Made by a program: the position numbers and the translations under genes. DNA of 63,732 nucleotides, filler included, from Cercozoa sp. M6MM (Eukaryota > Protista > Endomyxa: Ascetosporea), in NCBI GenBank assembly GCA_040357565.1. It is 11 parts of 11 records of this genome, joined end to end, with 100 filler letters (N's around TTAATTAATTAA, not from the genome) between each part and the next. Parts side by side here need not be neighbours in the genome. Positions count along the whole stretch, not along the records: positions 27,538 to 33,952 come from JBDODJ010000740.1; positions 34,053 to 39,491 come from JBDODJ010000906.1; positions 39,592 to 44,959 come from JBDODJ010000923.1; 8 more parts are not named here. One strand, given 5' to 3'. Positions within the stretch are counted from its first letter, which is position 1, and the number at the start of each line of letters is the position of its first letter. The notes below the pieces were generated by a model, which was given only the letters and a program-made list of their open reading frames with translations, ran no database searches and was not told where the DNA came from. Below are positions 29,011-40,181 of this stretch, in pieces.

Positions 29011-29671
29011 ACCCGGTTGACCTGCCTCGAAGCCACCTGCTGCCTGCTGACAGGACTGAATGCGATGAAACTTTGAAAGGAACTGAAACGAAAGAAGCGT
29101 TGCTGCGTGTTCATTTCAGTTAACTGTAGTGTACCGACTGTGTTGTTGCGTGGCGTCTTCTGCATTGTGGCAACCGAATGTAACTGAGCTCTAGATCTGC
29201 AACATAGCTATGCAACTTGCCCACGAAACATAGCAACGCAATATTAACCGAATGCAACTTGCGTTGGTAAAGCAACTTGACAACGCAACTGGCAAAGTTG
29301 CTGCAAAAGCCGGTTTACAGTTTAGTGGTTAGTGACTCTGCTGATTGAAGAAGCATCACACTGGACAACATGTCGCCGTGCGCTGCGTCGGTCGATCTCG
29401 GTTAATTGACTCGCATGACAATGCAACTTAGCATAGCAACTTAGTGATACCAGCCGGTGGCCTTTACGCCCGGGGGACGTACGACACGAAATAACTTCTT
29501 CACGTCAAGCGAGTAACTGAACCTAATCCGCACGGCGGCAACTTGATTAAATCTCGCACTCGATAGATCACATGCGAAGTACTCAACTCCAGTCCGCTGG
29601 CAGCGCAGTCTGATACTGACAAGGATGGCGGATCGGACAGCACACACCCCCGATGACCCGACCCGGCCCGA

Positions 29672-31031
29672 CTAGTCGTGAGCCAGGGCAGCGTGCTCGT
29701 GCAGCAGCTGCCGCAGCGACTCGGCGTGCGACAAAAACTGCCGCAGCAGCTGCTCCAACTTCTCCCTGCCTGCACAGATCATCCAAGTCAAATGGCACCT
29801 ACCCTACCCTACCCTACCACACCCAGCTATCACTACTCCCCAGCTACCCTACCCAGCTATCACTACTCCCCAGCTACCCTACCCCCACCTCCTACTCCCC
29901 CCCCCGACTCCCCCCCCCCCCCCCCCTCTTACTCTCCATGCTGCTACCTTGCTGAGCAGTGCGCATGAGCTTGGCAGGAACGAGAGCGATCTCAACCTCG
30001 TAGACGACAGGCTTGGAGTCGTCGACCGAGGGCCAGTCGGCAGGAGGGATGTCGCTCGACTGTCGGTGTGCCTGACGGAAGCCGTAGTCGCGACAGGCCT
30101 GTGTAACTTCGTGCTGCTGCAGCGACTGCACCTCGGCCAGTTCCACAACGATCGTGTCGTTGTGCCAGCTGTGCACGTGCTTGCGACGACCCGCCTGCGG
30201 CAGCGAGTCGTGCTGCCTCGGCAGTCTGCCGGGTGCCTCGCCTCGGAAGTCCACACGCATGGCCTGTTACCAGTGCATACGTGCCTGTGTATTAGGACAC
30301 ACAGAAGGAAGGAACAGAAGGCACCATGCGCTTGAGGTCATCGACGTCGTACATGTCGAGTTTCTTGAAGCGGCGCTGGAACACGCGCTCTACGGTGCGC
30401 CCATCCCCATCGATCTTGACAAAGATCTTGCTGAACGGCGGACGTGGGTGCAGTGACCACGTCAGGAGCAGCAGCTCGCCCTCACTGCTGGTCACTTCCA
30501 TGTGCGCATCCTCCGACGACAAGTCGAACTCGCTTTGCGCCCAGCGCTCGATCTCGGAGCGCAACTCGTCGACTTCCCTGCAGAGATACAGCATATATGC
30601 ATATACAAACATATGGCCTGTAGAGTCATCTTAAAAAGGTGAGCAGCAATAAACGCACGCTGTCGCAACGCCACTCACAAACTTTGTCTTTGCCCGAGAG
30701 GGCGCTTCTAGCTTCTTCGAAATGTAAAATATGCTAATGATGCTAATCATCCCTGTCCTCCACAGACACGCCACACCAAAAAGGAGGCACGAAACTTGAA
30801 GCAAAACAGGGCCAGGGTACTAGAGCCTCGACGTGTCCAAACCGAATCTCCAGTTCGTAGGTTGTCTTCTTTTGTGCCCGCTGTCTGCTCTCGCGCTCCT
30901 TCTCGACCGAGAACAGCAGCCGATCCGCCATCTGGGTCGAGGCACGAAAGTAGAAACCGGAACTTATGACCGCACACAAACTCAGTAATTGACAATACCT
31001 CTTCAACGACATTTTCCGGCGTGATTTGCAT
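29672..31031 (-). CDS. Cet1-like mRNA 5'-triphosphatase (triphosphate tunnel metalloenzyme/CYTH fold)
   Basis: YELEIRFG, FVSGV, KKLDMYDV, MRVDFRGE, RRKHVHSW, VVELAEV, YEVEIAL and final QFLSHAESL helix occur in the Cet1 motif order. Confidence 0.72.
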
Positions 31032-31339
31032 CCCTATCAACCTGAAAAACGACGATTAAAATTTGAACCCCTTTTGCAATTGTGCCCAGGGGCGTCTGCG
31101 GTGACTCTGCGGTTTCAAAACACCTCTAGTTACTCCCTAGGCTAGAGTGGAAGCTGATTTTTAATGCCAGTCGGTTCCTGGTTCCGGTCAGATAACTTTA
31201 TCGACTGAACTTGACGCGATCTGAGAATCCCCTGTGCGCAATTAGAGCCACAGTGCGCATTTTTAGTTGTAAAATTAGACTTGTGACTGTTGCGCACTCA
31301 CGCTGCAAGAAAGTCAGCATATATGCATATACATTTTAG

Positions 31340-31647
31340 AGATTGGCGGTTCGAGCGATTCCTCCGAGGCCGAGGAACCTTTACTCTGTTCGATATGCAT
31401 TACAATCTAGTTAAACTAACTTATTGCCTAAAATGTGCTCTGTCGTGGCAGAAAGCTCGTGATCTGGTGCAAAGTGGCAAATTCAGCTAGCTGGTCGCCT
31501 GTTGGAAGGAGGGTCTCGTGCAGTGCTGTGCACAAGCTGGTTCGCAGTGATACACTCTGGCAGACCGTGCTGCCCTTCCTGCGACGCAGCGAAGTCCTCG
31601 ACGACGAAGCGCGTCTGTTGTTAGAGGGCTTTAAATATTTCAGTTGA
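31340..31647 (+). pseudogene. Degenerate coding-like fragment (RING-like CSIC..CPSC in one frame, F-box-like LVRSDTLWQ in another) ending at motif C
   Basis: Protein-like stretches in different frames interrupted by stops; no clean gene model. Confidence 0.25.
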
Positions 31648-31752
31648 CTCGGAAATCTGTAAAGAGTGCGTCGATGGTCTAGCTAACAGCAACGTACGTC
31701 AGTTCCCCTGCACCGGTCCAGGGAGGGTCTAAAGGGCTTTAAATACTTCAGT
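31622..31752 (+). repeat. Motif C: 23-bp direct repeat with an 85-bp spacer
   Basis: TAGAGGGCTTTAAATATTTCAGT (31622-31644) and TAAAGGGCTTTAAATACTTCAGT (31730-31752), 21/23 identical. Confidence 0.9.
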
Positions 31753-32093
31753 ACCCCGTCGAAAGTGCATGCAGAGTACAGGAGAGTTGCGCATTTTATC
31801 CGCATTGATCCACTGCCGTGCCAGCATGATCTTGTTCCCTCACGCTCAGTTCAGTTCCAAGTTGAACGAATTTCGAAAACTCAAGCCCCCGTCCGACGCC
31901 GGCGACGGTAGGATCGATCTGAGCGGAACGTTGCCTTGTATATTATGTAACATGTTTCAAATTTCGTTTGGCTTGCTTAGATCCGTTCAATTAAAGTTTC
32001 ACTTGCGACGTGACGGGAAGGACATACATGATGGCGGAGAAAAATCAAATGAGTGCGGCAGTCAAACGTCGATTGTGGACCAACAAGGCCCCA

Positions 32094-33071
32094 CTAAACG
32101 GCCTTGTTGCGCGTGCTGCGTCGCTGGCGCGTCGAGGCCGCCGTTGTGGCCACGGCACGGCGTGCGCGCTTTCGTCGTCGACGCGGCTGCGGTGACGGCT
32201 CTGACGCGGCACAAACACAAGAGTACAGTAACAGTAACAGTAACAGTAACAGTAACAGTAACAGTAACATACACACACACACATACACACACACCTTCCT
32301 CATCGTCGTCCTGCATGCGATCGGCCGCTGCCTGGCGTTGCTGCTGTAACAGTTGCGCCGCTGTCTCGCGCAGATGCGGCGCCACCAGCGACAGCAGCGA
32401 CTCATCGTCGTCGTCGTCGCTGTGCGCGCAGTACCACTGCTCTGTCGGCAGCACTGCGCCGCCCACGAACAGCACTGCACATACACACATACACATATGT
32501 CAATATATATATATATATATATATATGTATACGTAAGTACAAGCACACATACCTTCAAGGTTGTGGAAGCGCGTGTCGACCGTGGCCACCTCACGCTCGC
32601 GGAAGAACTCGGCCGGCACGCGGCCCGACCCGCACCGGTTGAAGGCCGTGTCGCCCTCGCCGTCGTAGGGCACCAGACGGCCGCGCTGCCGCCAGTGCTC
32701 GTCCGCGTCGCCTATTTCGTCGCTCACCACGCCTTCTGTCCTCACACACATACACACATAGACATATAATACATATACATATATATATATATATATATAT
32801 AGATGTGCAGACATACCAGCAACCAGTTGCGGCGGCACGCGCTGCAGCAGCGTGCCAGACAGCGGTCCCAGGCAGCGCGCCATGACGATCTCGCCGCCGC
32901 CCAGGTAGCCGTCAAAGAGGCACGACGACCGCGTGTCGGGCAGGCGGTAGTCGTGACTGTAGGCACCTTCCACCAGGGGCAGCACGCGCGTCATCAGTCC
33001 CGGGTCCACGTCCATGCCACCGGTCGCTTTGTCTATCCCGGTCTGTCTGTCTGTATGCCTGTCGGTGTATG

Positions 33072-33102
<31 letters not shown>

Positions 33103-33870
33103 GTCCCTCTCTGTCCGTGTATCTCTGTCTCTCTCTGTCCGTGTCCGTGTCGGTGTCGCTCTGCGCCGACGCCGACGCAGCACGATGCGCAGCGACTCCT
33201 GCAGTGCCTCGGCTGGCAGCTCTGCCGCCTGCTCCTCCTGTCCGCCAGGCCCGACACCCGGCAGCGGCCAGTGCAGCACCGAGCGACGCAGCGCGCGCGG
33301 CAGCGGCACGCGCCGACTGCGGAACTCGCGCAGCAGCGTGCGCCACGGCGTTCGTCGCCGCAGCGTGCACTCGTCGCACACGAACAGTTCCACCAGTCGC
33401 GCCGCCGCGTCGTCCAGGCCGAGGCACGCGCCGTGCCACCAGCGACGACACTCGTGGCATCGCAGTCGCGCACGCGGCTCGCGCAGCACCTCCTCGGCCT
33501 GCTGCAGCTGCAGTCACCACACACATACATACATGCATACATGCACATACACACAAGAGAGAGGGCAGGCCTACCAACTGCACACTCGGCTGCAGCGTCG
33601 CATCAGGCCGCGCCTGCCGCACGATGCGCAGCGCCGTCCGGTGCAGCGCCGCCACGCACGCCTGCTGCTCGCGCTGGTGTTGCGACATCTGCGCCACGAC
33701 GCGCTGCACGTCCGACTGCGCCGACTGCAGCTGCTGCCGCAACGCCTGTCGTGCCTCCTGTGTCTGCGACTGTGTCGGTGACTCTGACTCCTGCTGTGAC
33801 TCTTGTGACTGTGTCGGTGACTCCTGTTGCAGTTGCTGCATCTCCTGCTGCAGCGACTCCACTCGTGTCT
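32094..33870 (-). CDS. PHD-finger protein, 3' part
   Basis: RLRCHECRRWWHGACLGLDDAAARLVELFVCDEC (C-terminal half of a PHD finger); basic NLS-like tail RRRRKRARR. Confidence 0.7.
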
Positions 33871-33894
33871 GTGCACAAGGACGGACAGCAACCT

Positions 33895-33952
<58 letters not shown>

Positions 33953-34082
33953 NNNNNNNNNNNNNNNNNNNNNNNNNNNNNNNNNNNNNNNNNNNNTTAA
34001 TTAATTAANNNNNNNNNNNNNNNNNNNNNNNNNNNNNNNNNNNNNNNNNNNNACATGGGGGGTAACATGTGAGTGTGTGTAG

Positions 34083-34753
34083 GAACTGGGCCGACGTGTG
34101 GATACGCTGGTTCGACTGATCGCCAAAGATGTCGACTTGGACGCGGTTGACAAGGTGTGTTACACCCTACCCCTCCTTTACCCTTACCCCTTTACCCCCC
34201 CCCCCCCCCCCTCAGGAGGAGGCCGAGTTGGAGTCGGCGCGACTCGCGTTCATTCGACAAGGCAGCAACACCGAGGCGACAGAGGACGGCACTGTCAAGA
34301 CACTGCCTGCTGTACTGGCTACCCCTACCCCTCTCCCCTTCGGGCCCCCACATATGCCCCACCCTATGCCCCACACATGCCCCGACCTTGTCTGTATGTA
34401 TGTGTGTCAGGGCATCCCACTGCCACCGCCGGTGTTTGCACCGCCTCCGCAGTTTCACCCGCGTCCGGTAGACTCTTTGTCCTTGCCCCACTCCCCTTAC
34501 CCCCTGCCCTATCCCCCCCCCCCCCGTTGAGCTCTCGCAGGCGATGGAACAACCGGCGCCCAAGCGGCAAAAAACGAGGCATGACGACAACGAAAACAAC
34601 AACGAAAACAACGACGAAAGCAGCAACAGCAGCGTGTACAATGACAGTGAACATGACGCAGACGAAGTCGATGACGACGACTCGGAGATGGAAGAGTCTG
34701 CCGGTGCCGACGACGAGGCTGCACTCCACGATGACGACGACTACGGCTTTTAA
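34083..34753 (+). CDS. ISWI: ISWI-family chromatin remodeller, C-terminal end (end of SLIDE domain plus acidic tail)
   Basis: ELGRRVDTLVRLIAKD matches the SLIDE terminal helix (EL.RRC.TLI.LIEKE); acidic tail ends at TAA. Confidence 0.65.
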
Positions 34754-35168
34754 TTTATCTTAAGGCTATGCCACTCATTTCTGTGAACTCGCGTCGTGAC
34801 AACCTGGATCATCAGCACCGCTTACGTCAGGCTGTCGAGTGATGTGGCGTTGGATGCACGTCCAGATTGTACTATGATTGCTGTCGCACTTAAGAGGAGC
34901 TACAGTACCGCGTTGTTATAAGTGCAAGCTAAGCAGGCCCAGGCCATGTTTTCGGCGTTTTCGGCGCGTCGATTTTTTATTGGCGAAATCGAAACTGGAC
35001 CGCGTTCCTACGGAAAGATCAAGACGCCAGTCGCGCCTAGACAGAATCACGCTCCACGTGCGCACACCGTTGCCGCTGGAGAACGCAAAAAATCCACAAC
35101 GTAGTCGTACTTTTGACCTCGGGTTTAGATGTAATTACTATATAACGTAGCGGTAACAACCTTGAGGT

Positions 35169-37878
35169 TCAACCGTACGGTAATGGCGGATCCGTGTCCT
35201 GCAGGAATGTTGCCACTCGGCAACTGCGTTGGTGGCTCATACGATGTCCCTTGACTACACGATCGATGCACAGGCTCTCTATCGTAGACACGGCCACACT
35301 GGTGAACCGGCAGATGTCACAATATCGGCTGGCGTGCGACCTACCGATACGGACGTGACACACAGCGTAGGCTACAGCTGGGGCGTGTACTAAACCAATA
35401 GAGTAGCCGATACCGTCAGAGTCAGTGTCCGCGACAGAGGCACCACGCCGCACCAACAGCTCAGCCACCTCTTCGTGGCCGTGTCTGTTGCAGGTCGAAT
35501 AAACAAAAAAAAAAGATACGCCGGTGTCTTATATCAATAAGTAGCTGGGATAGGTACACAGCGGCGAGCAAAAGAGGCGAGCGCTGACTGCTGCCACCAC
35601 TGACAACGGCGCCCCATTCCAGCAGCAAGCGCACTGCGTCAAGGTTGCCGTTCCTGGCAGCGACCATGAGAGGCGTGTATCGAATTGAGGTCCTACACAT
35701 GTGCGCAAACATGTATGCTGCTTGCCACAGCTCAAAGAGAAAGGGTACATTGCTTCCAAACAGTCCGCCAACTTGTTCAGCGCTCGCAGAGCGTTGCCGA
35801 GTTTCTCGAGGTACTGTCCGTGTCATCGCACATCAATGGGGGTACAGATCTTTCCCCTTCTCCCACGCAGTGAGAATACAGTACCTGGACAGCGTCACTC
35901 GCCTCGGCGGCAAAGTGCAGCGAGTTCCTTCACAGACAGAAGATCTAGAGAGTCGGAGGGACAGTTTCAGTAATTTACCAGCCGCGTGCATCACACTGCG
36001 ACGGGTCGGCTCCTTGCTACAAAACAAGGCACCAATATGTATGGGTTCGCAGAGTGCCTATACAAGAGGCGACTTCCAGCTACCTCAAGTAGAGCGCACA
36101 CGGCATTGAAACGACGCAACGCAATCGCGGTTATCAGCACTGAACGATTTTCCTTGTCTAAACGACGGTGAGTTCAAGGATAAAGACGGACGCAAGGTAC
36201 AAAGGGACAAGCACATACCAAGGTGCGTCAAGACATTGTTCGTGCGGACACCATCGCACTCGTATTCGCTCTCCTCGCACAGAACCGGCACTCTGAGTTA
36301 CAGAGAGACAGGATAACGGAGACAGATAGGAGTGCTTAACGAGAGTGTAAGTTAAGTTACATGGCAGCGTGTCCAGCAGCAACCGCACGGTGCAGTGCCG
36401 TGCATCCTAACAATCGAATATAAATGTACCTCGGAAAATACCGGGGATACAAAACAAACGTAAACACCTGCATTGTCGACCGCTCCAACGTCAGCACCCA
36501 AGTGGACTACTCAAAAGAGTTTTACTCTAACCTTACAGGTTTGCATATTAATTCTGTACTCAGTGTGTGGACGGCGTCTTCGTTGCCATGGAATGCTGCC
36601 ACATGCAACGGTGTCCTGGATTCAACACAAGGCAGTAACAGACACGTTCAAGGAGGGTGACAACACCGCCACGTGCAGTACCATTGGTTGAGAACGCGCG
36701 CGTTCACTGTACTCGGCAAAACATCCGTCACATGCTGCACATACAGTGATGCTATTACTCACATTTGTCCGTGTTTTTGTAACTTAACCCTGACAAGAGC
36801 GTACCTCATTACCGAGCACTTGGTGCAGAAACTCCAGGCGTGCGTTGAGCAGCAGCCAGCCGCGCGGAGTCTTCGCACCGTCAGCTGTGAGGTTGACTCG
36901 TGTGACTGCTCACCCACATGGAATTTAATCCATCAAGGCCTAGCGTGCACAAGTCTGCAGGTTGGAACATACAGTGCGAGCTGCTGTGCCCACTTTCGTC
37001 GCGGTTTAGTGTTTGAAATTTCTGCAGACACAAACGTACACTTATACCACTTCAGTCTAACTAACTCATGCAGTAACAGAAAGTACCGCGATAGCGGCGG
37101 AATTGCTGCGAACCAGAGGCGGTTTTGCTGTCTGTTTAAGGCGAAAGGGAAACACATAGTGTGTAGAGGTAGTGTGCTAAGAGGGTATAACAGTACAACT
37201 CACAGTTTGGATGCGCGCGGAAGCGGCGCCTTGCCAGATGTCACCCAGCGAGACTTCAACGCCGCCTGTGTTCCAGTTCAGAGTATTTAGATATCAATCA
37301 AAGGCTGCAGATTCCCGGGCTACCAATAAAGTCGTCACTGAGCCGGTCCTTGTCGAACATGAGCACGCGGATCTATAGCACCCCCCAAAACTAGCTTGTA
37401 GAAACCACTATTTAGCCACGGTCAGACACACCTTCTGCTGAGTGATATCACCGTCATTGTGCACGCGCAATGTCATAGGCGCCTCCAGCGACGCAAACGT
37501 CACCTCAGTCTTGTCCTGATGCCTGCCAGAAGAGGTAAAACTCAGTAATTCACCAAAGCAGCACAAGTCGCGATTCGGAAGCGAAGGAGAAGGGCAATGA
37601 GTACACTTCAGACCGCCAGACCTCAGTCCATTCAGCGCTGTTACAACCGATGCCATTGATGCTGCCGTTCGACGGCAGCGGTGCTGCACTCGGCCACTGT
37701 GGCAACGACGGGCGCGACGGCAGCTGGGCAGGAGTGCAGAAATGGGGTACAGTTGTAGCAATGAAAGAATGTCAGGCACCTGCACGACGATGTAAGGATC
37801 GCTGAGTGAGTAGCGGTCCATTTTGGCAATAGACTCGCCCCTCAAAGCCAGAATCAGGTTGATGCTTGAGTCACTCAT
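35169..37878 (-). CDS. C2-domain + ankyrin-repeat protein (3' end approximate)
   Basis: LRGESIAKMDRYSLSDPYIVV..IRVLMFDKDRLSDDFIG (C2); TPLHVAAFHGNEDAV, TALHRAVAAGH, YTPLMVAARNGNLDAVRLLLEWGA (ankyrin repeats). Confidence 0.85.
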
Positions 37879-38368
37879 TGTGCCGGTGTGGTCGTCTCTG
37901 CGATCTGATTCTACAATGTGCCTGCCGGATTAAACAATGTGAAACTACTTCAGCAGTAAACGGCACTGGTGTGCAAAAGTTCAAGAGTCCAATTTGCTCA
38001 TGCAGAAAGAACGAGAGCTGCATGGATCAAATCCAGGAACACTGGGAATCGGGAGCTGCTGCGCCTGCAGCCAGGGCGGACTTGCTCCAAAAACGGATTA
38101 AATGTTGTTCTAGTGTGTTATAGTGCATTTAGCTCTTCTTTTGATGGAACGGCGCAATCCATTTAACATGGCGCCGCACTACCAGGATCCGTTGGACCTG
38201 TACTGTATAACACTCAATACAACGCATCGAACAAGCGCGAAAGCAGGAACTAGCAAGAGTATAGGTGTGTCGATCGGGGAATTCGCATGCGTTTGTTGTT
38301 TCCAAGTTTTCCGGATGATCTTTTCGGTTGTTGCCGTGTTGCCTCAGAACCGCGAAAAATACGAGAGA

Positions 38369-39079
38369 ATGAAACTCGCGCTCACGTTGCTGGCCGCATG
38401 CGGAGCGCTCGCAGCTGATGTCACGTTTTTCCGCGCCGAGCGGTATCACTACCTGCAGCTAAAAGATATTTATGAAGGATGTGGATCTTTCTCTGTTTCA
38501 GCGCGCCCATGCTTCGACTGATCGCTGCCAGTTCCGGTAGAAACAACTAAACTTTGAGCCAAGCAAATTGCTATGCATTAAATGTCGGTATCTGCAGAGA
38601 TTCCGGGTGTCTGTGGTACTGAACTGTGTGTGACGGGCGCCGAAACCTTCACCAAGCACGAGAGGGCTGACACTGTCTCGCGTACGCTTGATACGTTCTT
38701 GTTGTATTTGTCGAGAGACACTTCCGTGTTTTCTTGCAGTGACAGATGCCTTTGTCTGCGCTCTCGAGTGCGACGAAGCCGTAGAGGCCTCCGAGAGCAT
38801 CGTTTTCCGCCGTTCGCTGGGCGGTGCCTGTGTCGTTGGTCTGGATGGCAGCGTACCTTGCATGTTCCTTTGTACCGGTAGGTATGCGTCAACATACGTG
38901 TGTGTCCGTTTGTGTTGCACAGAAAGACCCGTCGCTCGTGTTACGGGGAAAGTTTGAGCCGCTGGAACTGGCCACGCGTGGTCGTGGCGACCTCACGCGA
39001 CTGTTTAGTGTACTGTGTACTTCAAAAGACGGTTATGGTAGTGTGATGTGTGTGATGTGTGTGTGTGTGTGTGTGTGTG

Positions 39080-39158
<79 letters not shown>

Positions 39159-39394
39159 TTGACGGTGTCACGTGCAGAAGCACGGCGTTGGTGCCGAGAA
39201 GGGCACACGTGTTGCCTTTGGTATCCTCTCTTTTCACTAGTACACCTGAGACACGTCCCAGGTGATTGATGTCTTGACTGATGCATGGTATGGCGCAGAC
39301 GAGCTGAAGCAGCGTGCTGTCGACTCTGTCGACCCCGCCCGTATGTTCGAAACGCTCAAGGTGTTGAGTGGCGACGCTCCTCTGCCTTCTGGGG
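38369..39394 (+). CDS. Secreted protein, probably an M28 aminopeptidase precursor, 5' part
   Basis: Signal peptide MKLALTLLAACGALA; last exon VDSVDPARMFETLKVLSG resembles the start of an M28 catalytic domain; catalytic motifs lie beyond the contig end. Confidence 0.5.
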
Positions 39395-39591
39395 TATGCA
39401 CACTCATGATCTCAGCAGACAACGTGTAGATATAGGCACTGTGTGTGTATGTGTGTGTGTGTATGTGTGTGTGTATGTGTGTGTGTATGTGNNNNNNNNN
39501 NNNNNNNNNNNNNNNNNNNNNNNNNNNNNNNNNNNTTAATTAATTAANNNNNNNNNNNNNNNNNNNNNNNNNNNNNNNNNNNNNNNNNNNN

Positions 39592-39643
<52 letters not shown>

Positions 39644-39648
39644 AACAG

Positions 39649-39829
39649 GAAGAGGTCACCGACGAAGTTTTCGAATCCGAACAGTCGCTCGTGTTCCCCG
39701 AGGTTCTCACATCCAATCGCTCTTGTTGTACCCACCACAATGTATCTCTGGGCGCAGGCGGAAAACCGCATGTGGACTGTGATGAGCGTCATGATGTCGC
39801 AACTTGGTGAGTCTCTCGTCGTCGAGTAG
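39649..39829 (+). CDS. OTC: Ornithine carbamoyltransferase, last two exons
   Basis: EEVTDEVFESEQSLVFPE/AENRMWTVMSVM matches the OTC C-terminal signature. Confidence 0.88.
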
Positions 39830-39927
39830 CCGTTTGTCCGCGGGAGCGTTTGACTTTCCCGCACGGACTGGAGCGGAACCTATCAGTTGTCACGCGACGA
39901 CAGATGATTGGTGTAGGGCCAGTTCAT

Positions 39928-39960
39928 TAGTTAGTTGAGGAAACCAACTAAGTAGTTCCC
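39928..39960 (+). repeat. Dispersed intergenic motif B, copy 2
   Basis: TAGTTAGTTGAG-gaaaccaa-CTAAGTAGTTCCC. Confidence 0.85.
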
Positions 39961-40181
39961 CTTGCGCCAGTCTGGGGTGGGTCGCAACTAGAGTAGGGTC
40001 AGTAATGCGCTGAGAACAAAAGGTAGGTAAATTTAATTACAATAACCACGACAGGCGCGGCCCAAACGAAACTGAAGCGAAGTTAACGTTACTAAACTTC
40101 ACGTGTACATGTACGCAGCGTCTAGTATGGGCATGCACATGAGGATCCAAGCCGCAGTGCGTTAAACCGTGACCGATGCGT

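Noticed and set aside
29821-29880. 30-bp tandem duplication, and similar short duplications at 5036-5071, 13082-13113, 17289-17340 and 62671-62715
   Set aside because: Local slippage duplications in introns or intergenic DNA, with no dispersed copies seen
31622-31752. Bona fide CRISPR array
   Set aside because: Only two repeats, an 85-bp spacer, no cas genes and a eukaryotic context; kept only as an unexplained repeat
32803-34008. Long plus-strand ORFs (401 and 311 aa) and similar ones such as 50195-50875
   Set aside because: Antisense shadows of GC-rich minus-strand exons
39836-39868. Hairpin right after the OTC stop codon; similar hairpins near 42523-42547 and 58325-58359
   Set aside because: Short single-copy stems with no SECIS, tRNA or snoRNA hallmarks; expected by chance
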